A stretch of 64,000 bases of DNA from Nemertoderma westbladi. Lineage: Eukaryota; Animalia; Xenacoelomorpha. Shown in pieces: positions 54,503 to 64,000 of the stretch. Location: NCBI GenBank assembly GCA_032718475.1, contig JAUCBJ010004630.1, positions 62,001 through 126,000 of the forward strand. The letters are read 5' to 3'. Position 1 is the stretch's first letter. Each line of letters begins with the position of its first letter. The translations under genes were made by a program, and so were the position numbers. Under the pieces are notes generated by a model. The model saw only the letters and a list, made by a program, of their open reading frames with translations, was not told the DNA's origin and made no database searches.

Positions 54503-57500
54503 ATGGCTGACACAAAACAAATGCTGTCAGATAGTCTCCTAGAAAGAACAGTCTGTGGCTCAGATACGAGTATAGAAAATCTGAGTCCAAAGTCCAAGTC
54601 CCCTCCTACTGTAAGAAAGGTCATCCCTACAGTAGTAGTATCAGACCCTAGGCTAGTGAAGCACCATAGGTCTATCATAGGCACTAGGGCTCAAGTCAAG
54701 CGGGACCAAGAGGCAGCTGTTAAACAGCAGCAGCACCCGAACCGGGAACTTATTTCTCAGCGGCCGGATAATTCCAGTAGTTCAGACACTGTAGAGTTGA
54801 CACCCAAGATCGGAGCAAGGATGACAGAAGCGGTTTATCCAGACCCACTTCTAATTTTTCCTGGAGCCATACTCACGAGAGTATTGATTGCGGTGCAAGA
54901 ACATCAAATCGATTGGGCGAGAAGTAAGCGATCAACCAAGGACAGTTATGCGGGATACACAATGGAGGAACTGAAGTCTATTGTCGAGACACAATGGAAC
55001 TCCCCCGGACCCAGACTCCCATTTAACTTATCAGAAGCTGCCTGGGAGGACTTATACAGGATGGGAGTAGTGAAGGACACTCGAGATCCAGCTGTGTGGA
55101 AGAGGTTGGCAGCAGAATATGTCCAGGGATTCTTCTGCTCTTTGGAGCGATTAGAGGAACACCTGTTTCAACAACGACAAGGACCTCAAGAGCAGGGAGA
55201 GCTGCTTTATCAAGTGTGAGAACGAATTTTATGGATGAGACTAATCCTTTCAGCCTTTGAGGAAGCCTCGAAGAGAAGCCAAGACACGTCGTTGCAAGTG
55301 GCTGTAAAAACTTGGTTCCAACGGGTGAGTCTTAAAGTCCAGGGAACGACACAATGGAAAGCTCAGCTAACCGAGTGCATGACCCACGGAGAGTCAACAG
55401 ACGCTACCTTTTCTCAGGTGGAAAGCGAAGCTATATCCGAGAAACCTCAGAAGAAGAATGCTATTGACATCTATCTGTCAGACTATCAACGGTTTATAGG
55501 TGACAAAGAATTAAGGAGACAGCTAGCTGGACTTCACCCTAATAGTGAGGGAGCCAAATTTGTGTTAGACTCATTAGATGCGGAAATATTAGCCGCGGAG
55601 CAGGCTAAATTTGATGAAAGCATCTTCATCGCTATGGAACAAGAAGAGCAGCTAAAGAAAAAACAAATAGAAGACAGAAAAGCAGCAGCAGCGGCAGCGG
55701 CAGAAGCTGAAAGAAAAGCGGCAGCGGCAGTGGCAGCGGCAGAAGCTGAAAGAAAAGCGGCAGCGGCAGAAGCTGATAGAAAAGCTGCAGAGGCAGTGGT
55801 AGAAGCAGAACGGAAGGCATCTGAAGAGACAGCCCAACTAGAGTTGGAAAATCTTCAAGTGAAGCAAGATTACTTAAATAAACAGAGAACAGCTACTCAG
55901 ATGCAGCTGCTAAGTCAATCTACTCCCAAGAGACAGGGATTTACATCCTCTGATGAAGGCGATACAACAGATCCTGAAGGTAGAGGAAATAAATCTCATT
56001 CCAGGGGACGTAGAAGGGCGCTGCACCGGCAGAAATTGCCTAATTTGCATCCAGCTGTGAGAAGGCAACTAGCTAGTGTAGATTTAAGTAATCCTTCGTC
56101 TACAGACCAAATTATTAGGAAAGACAGACTCCCTACTATAGTAGATGAGCCTGAAATAATTAGGCCTGTTCTCGAAGCCACCCCCTCCGTGATAGAGACC
56201 CCTGTACTTCCAGAACCTAACTCTAAATTCCCTTTGCACAGTACTAAACTACCTGTGCCCAGTAGAACAGCCCCTGAATCAATCCCTGTCCTGGACGCCG
56301 AGCTAGACATCAACAATTTGTCACCCGTCGTCCCTCGTCTGCCCGCTACTATGTTGGCGGCTCCTGCTTCGGCGGTAGAGTTGGTGGATGAGGGACGGCG
56401 GGAGATGGGTCTCCTGCTCAGGCAGCTGAGGGAATATCGTATATGTTCCTCCCAGCAGGTCCAGGAGTTGGAAGGGACTGTTCAGCAGTTAAAGGGAACA
56501 GTAAGAGAGGGTAAGTTAGAGTTGCAAAAAGTGCAGCAGAGTATCGCGTTACAACATGATAAATTAGTAAATATACAATTGAGACCCCTGTACTTCCAGA
56601 ACTTAACTCTAAATTCCCTTTGTACAGTACTAAACTACCTGTGCCCAGTAGACAAGCCCCTGAATCACATACAGTCCTGGACGCCGAGTAAGACATAAAT
56701 GAATTGTCTCCCGTCGTCCCTATGCGTCACCCGGCTACCAAGTTGGTGGCTCCCGCTTCAGCGGTTGAGCGGGTGGACGAGGGACGATGGGGGATGAATC
56801 ATCTGCTCGGACTGCTGGAAGATACCAAAACCCAGGTGTCCAAGCAAGTCCGAGAATTTGAAGGGACTGTTCAGCTGTTAAAGGGCACAGTAAGAGAGAG
56901 AGTAGGTTAGAGTTACAAGAGGTACAACAAAGTATCGCTTTAGAGTGTGATAAATTAGTAAATATATAAATGGGTATACCACCACCCCCTGTAACAATGT
57001 GTCAACCCGTTAGGTCTGAAGTATTTCATGCGCAAGGTGTGGAGCCTACACACATCTATACTGCTAGTGAAGTAGAGACTCCTATAGTAAACCCTATTAA
57101 GGGTAATTGTAAACCTGTTGATAATGGTATTCCATATAGACCTGATCCTAATCCGAGAAATTTATATACCGATAACTCGATATTAAATAATACGATGGCC
57201 CAAGAAAGTTTTACGCGTCAAATGGCTAGAACCAAAGCCCGTCAAGCGGTAAAGGTGGGAGAGATCGTCAAGTTCAATGGAGATGAGATGAAATGGTTAC
57301 CTTTTAATGAATTTTATAAAGATAACATACAGAGTTCAGTACTATCCCATGGAGAGAAACTTAGATTCCTCATCGAGTGCTTGGAAGGACCTCCCAAGTT
57401 AATGGCGTTAAAGTTTATTGGACATCCAGATGGATTAAGACAAGTTTGGGATACACTAAACATCAGGTATGGTAATAGGACTAACATAGCTAGGTATTTA

Positions 57501-60500
57501 TATGCGAAATTAATGGCGCCCCAAAAGTTTCTTAGCAGCGGGATTATAGAAATTTCCGATGAGATCCAGGAGATCTGTAGACAGTTAGACTGGTTGGGTA
57601 AGTCTCATAAATACCAGAATTCTATGGTTGTAGGAGCCTTAGCATCAACTTTGCCAAAGGGTGAAGTAGGTACTCGCTGGGACAAAAAGGTTCCCTATTT
57701 GATGGACCAACAACATAGAGATCCAACCATGACGGACCTTCTGTCATTCTTAAACAGAGAGGTAAGATTACAACTCCTAAAACAGTCTAGTGAGAAGACT
57801 CCGGAAAGTAAGGTGGGTGAAAAACCCGTTTCTAGGAGAGAGGTAACACCAGTGTGTTATACGGATTGTGGGAGTCAGACGACGTCCTACGATGAGAACA
57901 GCGGTAAAGACACCGAGAGATCTTATTATGTCAACAAACCGAGGGAAGACGTGAGTAAATCTAAGTTTCGAACCAGTGACAGGAGAGAACAGAAGATAGA
58001 ATATATAACCAGTGACAGGAGAGAACAGGTAACAAATCCTCCTACGTCTCCTAAGAGAATTCATGGAAGAAAGCCCGAGGAAAGAACAAGTGTGCACAAC
58101 ACAACACAAGTTAAAGTAAGTAATATCAAACCCAAATGTGCATTGTGCGACGGGCCCCATCGCTTAAGTGGGTGTGATGAATTTTTGAAGAAATCCCTTG
58201 AACGACACTGACCACAGCTCTGAGATGGAAGGATTCTACACGGACGAATTCTCCGACGAAAACGAATCCTGTTATATGATAAACACCGCAGTGTATCAAG
58301 CACTTACGTATGAGACTGAAACGAGTGAAGAAGATCCTCAACTGACTATTCCGGACCGGCAACCATCTTGGAAAGCGCTGACTTCCAACGTTGGAATCCG
58401 GGAATTCCCTGTAGTACAGCTGAGAGTCCATGGACTAGGAAATTGTTTAATAGTAAACGCCCTCCTTGACTCCGGCAGCACAGGTACATTCATCAACAAA
58501 GAACTAGCCGAAGACATCTTTGCTGGACAACCCAAGTTCCGAACTAAGAGGAACCTTTCAGGAATTATGCAGGTTTGGAAATCCACAGTAGCTACAGATT
58601 ACTATGTAGGCGCGTTGTCCACTCCCCAGGATGAACTAGGAGAACATAGCATAAGGTCAGTAAAAATGGTGGCGATAAAGAACTTTGCTACCAGCCAAGT
58701 GGAACCTTATAACTGGGAAAAAGACCATTTTACCCAGCAGCATAATATCCCTAGATTCAACACTGACTACCCAGGGGTACAGATACTGATCGGCCAAAAT
58801 GCGCACAAGGTGCTAGAGACATTAGAAAAATGGCCTGCTCGACCGCAACCATTACAAACATACGCGGGAAGAACGAGAGTAGGTTGGTACTTCACTGGAC
58901 CTTCCCGTAGAACACTGATGGAAAGACTCCATCAAGAGAGGATACATCAGGTGAGTGAATGGGAAGAAGAAATCAGTGAGGGAGAAACCACAACTGAGGG
59001 AACACCATACTCCTCAGACAATGATGATATTAATCAATTATACGAGGAGGAAAATACAATTGACCTCCTCACTGTAAACCAAACTTGGTTAAATCAAGCC
59101 AACCTATGCCATCTCATCAATCATGGTGGACAATTTACATATAACGACGAATTAAACAAAGTGATAGATCGATACAATAACAAAATCCATGATGAACACA
59201 CCGTACAATTCTTTACTCAAGAAGCCGTAGAGCCTAATTCCTACGACAAAGCTTTGTCCGTCGAGGAAGAGAGAGCCAAGCAGATTCAGGAAACGACTAC
59301 CCGTTATCTGAAGGACAAAGGTCGCTATGAGATTGGTGTTCCGTTCCGACGACGAGAACCCAGTTTTATAAACAACCAACCGACCTTTAGCGGAAAAGAG
59401 AATCACGCAACTACATCGGCGTCTTACGGCCAACGTTCAAGCCAGGGAAATGTATAAAACCCAGCTGAAGAAATTTATCGATAAAGGATACACGGAGCGA
59501 GTACCGGAAGAAACACCTATAACGGAGAGAACGTATTATCTAACACATCATTACGTTCCCAAGCCCGGTAAACCCAACAAAGTCCGGGTAGTGTTTGATG
59601 GCTCCGCCCTTTACATGGGTCTATCCATGAACTCGGAACTGTTGCCAGGACCAAACTTACTCAAATCCTTGTTGGGAATATTATTAAGACTGCGCGGCAA
59701 TATTCTATCGCATTTGCTTCGGACATAGAAGGCATGTTCTTACAAGTCAAGGTGCTGGATAGGGATCGAGACAGCCTACGATTTCTGTGGTGGCCTGAAG
59801 GAGACCTCAACCAAAAACCGGTGGAGTACTGGATGACCATCCAGGCTTTTGGGATCATCTCGAGCCCCTCGAACACTTGTTCGGTAGTGCGTACCACTGC
59901 CAATGACAACCGAGACGCCTTCTCTAAAGCGGTTATCGACAACATCAAATGGGATATATACATGGATGACAATTTAAAGTCCCTCCCATCGGTGGAAGAA
60001 GCCATTGATGTTGCCAAGGGAACAGTAGAGTGCTTGCCACGCGGTGGATTTTGACTATCCAAATTTACTTGAACCCGGTTGATTGAATTGAATTGAATTG
60101 ATCCCGGTAGAAGACCAAGGTGTTAAAAATCTGGACCTTATCAAGGACGATCTTCCCGAAACCAAAACACTTGGCTTAAAATGGGACACGGAGAGAGATA
60201 TCTTGTTTTTCCAGTTAAAACAGCGAGATAATCCAGTTAGAACTAAATGGATTTGTCTAAGTATCCTGAGTACTTATTTTGATCCATTGGGATTTATTAG
60301 CCCAGTTATATTGGTTGCTCGGAGCATAGTGCAACAAATGTGGCTCAAAAACCACTCGTGGGATGATCCACTTAAGGGAGAACTACTAAGGAAGTGGATG
60401 AAATGGGAAGATTCTCTACCATCCATTGAGAACTTTACGATTTCCCGTTCATATTTTGGTCACGTTCTCCCCACGTATTCCTATCAACTCCATGTGTTTG

Positions 60501-60870
60501 GAGACGCCAGCGATATGGGAATAGGTATAGTAGCCTACCTGAGGGTTGAAACTCCGGATGGAATTAAAGTTGCCTTGGTTACTTCTAAGGCCTTGATAAA
60601 CAACAAACTCTGAGTTCCTCGAGCGGAATTAAAGGCGGCTCTATACGCTACAGCCATCGGCCGGAATGTAAGATCGATTATCCACTAGAGAAAACTGTCT
60701 ATTGGACCGATGCTTTACTCGTTCTGGAGTATACAACATATGAAGTCTGTCAGTTCAGCGTCTTCGTTACCAACAGAGTAGCCATTATACTCAGTTGCTC
60801 TAATGTAGATCAATGGAGACATTTCCCGGGGACGATTAATCCAGCCGACATTGCCTCCAGAGGAGGCGAC
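54503..60870 (+). pseudogene. BEL/Pao gag-pol pseudogene, copy 2 (Gag to RNase H; integrase missing)
   Basis: Collinear and highly similar to copy 1; KFNGDEMKWLPF..EKLRFLIECLEG Gag core, ALLDSGS, YMDD, LHVFGDAS. A deletion of about 200 bp near 58200 removes Zn knuckles 2 and 3; similarity ends after the NPAD motif. Confidence 0.95.
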
Positions 60871-60983
60871 ATTGACTCCTCAGATAACGACGATATTAAC
60901 CAGCTATACGATGAGGAAAATACAATTGATCTCCTCGCCGAAAGCCGGACTTGGTGTTTCCATCATCACTATTCCAGGACGAA

Positions 60984-61149
60984 GAAGAAACCTGGAATTG
61001 TATTCGAAACACAACAACTCAATCGCCCAGTTGGTCGTTTATGTTTACTGGAAAGAGACCGAGAACTGTCCGGAAACTATGGAAGGCAAGATACTCTTCC
61101 CATGACCACCTCCCTGATCCAACAAACATCTAGGGACTCCCCAACGTAA
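60984..61149 (+). pseudogene. BEL/Pao Pol C-terminal fragment
   Basis: The frame starting at 61021 reads NRPVGRLCLLE..., matching the RPxxKLxxL end motif of BEL Pol, with stop TAA at 61147-61149. Confidence 0.6.
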
Positions 61150-62301
61150 CAACATACGGAGTGGGTGTGTGACTATATTATTTTATATATTATTATTATT
61201 TTTATATTTATGTATGTATTATTACGTAATTTTATTATTATAATCGTTTTCTTTAATTTTATTTAGTAGAATATTATTTTAGCGATTATTTAGTAGATTA
61301 GTGCAATATATATTCGTGTTTGTTACTTAATTACTTAACATTATATACTTAGTTTAATGGCGAGAAACAATTCGTTTTCTCTTTCCTTACTGTCCGTATC
61401 ATATTATAAATACGTGACTACAGTAAGATGAAATGTCCGTACTTATTAAAGTACAATAAAGCTCCTACTATACTCAAGTATTATTGGTAAGTAGAGTATT
61501 AGGAATGCAAAGTTCAGATCATCGTGTCTCGGCTAAACCAAGCTCTGGGTAGACCTTGGAAACAACTTGCCTCTTCTCACTGACATTGCTTCTTGCAATA
61601 TTGCTCTCATACCGTATATTAAATAATACACATAGTAGAGTGATGTCCCTTTAACAGTAGCGTAGAATGCAAAATAAATCTGTTAAACCCTTTGACCATC
61701 TGTAATTCTAGTCGATTAAGATATCGCGGCACCCACCGATATACTTGAAAGACAAAATTCTAGAATCAGTGGTTAACGTCCCCAGACAAGTTTTGGAATA
61801 AATCGGTGCCCATCTTAAATATTAAATATTTAATATTTATAAAAATCTATTAAAACAAATGTTATAATAGAGTAAATGCAGACAAATAAACTCTAATAGA
61901 TAACTTTACTCTATAGAGTAAATGCTAAGAAATTAACTCTAGAAATTCTAGAAATCCAAAATCTGTTAAAATTCAGATCTTTTAAAATTCTAGTCGATTA
62001 AGATATCGTAGCACTTACCGAACTCTTAAAAGGACAAATTTCCTAGAATTAAGGATCCTAGTCCCCAGACATGCTCTGGAATAAAAATGTGTCTATTTTA
62101 GTGTCAAATAATACAATTTACGGGAATAATTTTAAATTCATGTCCTCTCATGAATTTGATAAATTGTCATTTTATACAATTTATAACATTCCCAAAATTC
62201 CATTAATTAATAGATCATGGGAGCGGAGATTCACCCTATTAAATATATGAGTGAGAGAGAATCTCCAATGTATAGTCAATAGCCGATAAAATTCATAAAA
62301 T

Positions 62302-63007
62302 TGACTGTTCACCGCATTATTTTACTTCTGTTTACGGTATTTATTAATTGTTGTTATATTAATGGATATTGCTGTTATATTTGGAGAATACCGATAAATA
62401 ATCATAAACCCCTCAATCTTCTTGATTACTGAGGTAAGAGGAACAGGTTTACCGGTAGCAGCTGCGACTTACATTATAGTGGTTTTTGTGTGAATTAAAT
62501 GCTATTTCATAATCCCTACGTGTGTCAGTTGCAACCCTCCTTATATATGATCAAATTCAGTGACGGTCGGCAGATTAGTGTGAACTAGTGTGAAGTAGTG
62601 TGAAGTCGTGTGAAGTAGTGTGAAGGTTAATAAAGCATCTCCTAAAGAATGCGCTGTTTACAAAACTCTGTGGCCATCTAGTTGTGATTAGTATAAGTCA
62701 TAACTCTGTTTTATACTTAAAGCGCCACGTCCTAAAGGAACTGTTAATATTTCCCCGAAAGTAAATATATTTGTCAGAGATTATATAGTAACGATCAATC
62801 GAATAATACAGTAGGTCTACACTGCAATAACTTCCAAGGCATCCGAATCCAGTCTCCCATACAGTGGGTGATTGGTCGCGCACGGACTGGCTTCGGCTGA
62901 TGTAACTTCAGTACACTAGGTAATCGATATAGGCCAAAGTCGATTTATAAACAAGAGGACAACTAAAATTGGCAGGTTTAACTGCTAAAGTTCTAAAAGC
63001 GCGAACA
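62302..63007 (+). repeat. LTR3: 3' LTR of the outer element, missing its first approx. 450 bp
   Basis: Homology to LTR1 begins at TGACTGTTCACCGC (LTR1 position 40958) and runs to ...AAAAGCGCGAACA at 63007, followed by TSD AACTT. Confidence 0.92.
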
Positions 63008-63479
63008 AACTTTCTAGAACAACTAAATACAAGATGGAATATCATGAAAATTTCCAGAAGGTCGGAGTAACTATCGAGACACACCTGGAACCTAAAAAAA
63101 TTGTAATTTTTTTGTGTCTATGTTTGAGGGTCACTTAATTGCACCAAAAACCCAAAATGACACATTTATTTTCGAAGTTTATATTAGAAATACATTTGAT
63201 AATTGTTTTAAACAGATTCTGTTTTTAGAGGTTCCACAATTGTGTCTCACTACTAAAAACCCTTCTGCGAAAATTTCAGCCTATTCCATCAAGCCGTTCT
63301 CGAGAAAAAGGTACATTAATTTCGAAATTTCACGTAAAATAAGATGCTGAGAAAAACGCACTTTAAGTTTTCAAACCTTCCCGCTAATTTTATGTAAAAC
63401 GCAGGAAATTTAAAAAATAAGCCAAAATATAATAAACTACTCCAGCGAAAATTTACCAACCAAAATTTACGAACCAAAA

Positions 63480-63589
63480 TTTACGATTTAGGGGTTTTCG
63501 TAGTCGCTGAATTTATTTCTGATATATGTTTTAATGTTTGATGATATCTGAACTGCCTGTGTGTCTGTCATTCTGTCTGTCTGTCTGTC
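63480..63589 (+). repeat. (CTGT)n microsatellite in a possible Helentron/DINE-like non-autonomous element
   Basis: CTGT repeats at 63573-63589 preceded by GGGGTTTTCGTAGTCGCTGAAT; family assignment is by resemblance only. Confidence 0.35.
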
Positions 63590-64000
63590 TGTACGCGCTT
63601 TTGGAGACCTTTAGCAGTTTAACCTGCCAAAATTTATATGTCTTTAGTTGGTAAATTGACTTTATAAGATGACAAGATTTAATACAAAATAAACACAACA
63701 TTAGCCGAAGCCAGCCTGTGCGCGTTCATTCACCCGATGGTTACACCCGGGAGACTGGATTCGTATGCTTAGATTTATTGCAGTGAAGCCTACATGTATT
63801 ATTCGATTGATCACTAATATATAATCTCTGGCAAATATTATTCACTTTCGGGAAATATTAGCAGTTCCTTTAGGACGTGGCGCTCTATCTATGTAAACAA
63901 AGCTATGACTTATACTAAACACAACGATATGGCTTAGAATTCACGTATGAGACGCATTCTTTAGGAAATGCTTAGTTATCAGTCTCACTCACTATCATAC
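63590..64000 (-). mobile_element. 3' end of another LTR, same subfamily as the 33449-34653 solo LTR; continues beyond the window
   Basis: TGTACGCGCTTTTGGAGACCTTTAGCAGTTTAACCTGCCAAAATTTATATGTC is nearly identical to 33449 onward and remains collinear to the window edge. Confidence 0.92.

Larger units (their letters stand above)
40510..63007 (+). mobile_element. Composite BEL/Pao LTR retrotransposon locus (outer element plus nested sister element)
   Basis: Starts TGT at 40510 and ends ACA at 63007, flanked by the same 5-mer AACTT (40505-40509 and 63008-63012). LTR1 and LTR3 share indels that LTR2 lacks. Confidence 0.88.

Noticed and set aside
61817-61838. 22-bp AT-only palindrome
   Set aside because: Low complexity in a very AT-rich region; no supporting context.

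Overview
Eukaryotic (probably invertebrate animal) repeat-only window with no intact host gene. Bases 1-30978 are one head-to-tail satellite of about 650 monomers of 46/47/50 bp, C-rich on the + strand. The four 1,000-10,000-aa 'ORFs' in the track are artefacts of a monomer with no stop codon. Bases 31000-64000 are nested, decayed transposons: a CR1/L2-type LINE (PHD-APE-RT) split by a 1.2-kb solo LTR (TSD TAACT); an RTE-type LINE; MITE-like fragments; and a 22.5-kb BEL/Pao composite (40510-63007, TSD AACTT) with a sister element inserted in its integrase. The sister element carries an RTE 3' fragment and a Penelope-like insertion with a hammerhead ribozyme motif. Another related LTR runs off the right edge. 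Most notable: both BEL copies lack a tRNA primer-binding site and instead have an 11-12 nt sequence complementary to a site inside their own LTR, resembling Tf1-type self-priming. Also notable are the modular, possibly terminal satellite and its resemblance to the LTR's AATAAA region. All calls come from reading the sequence by eye; no alignments or database searches were run.
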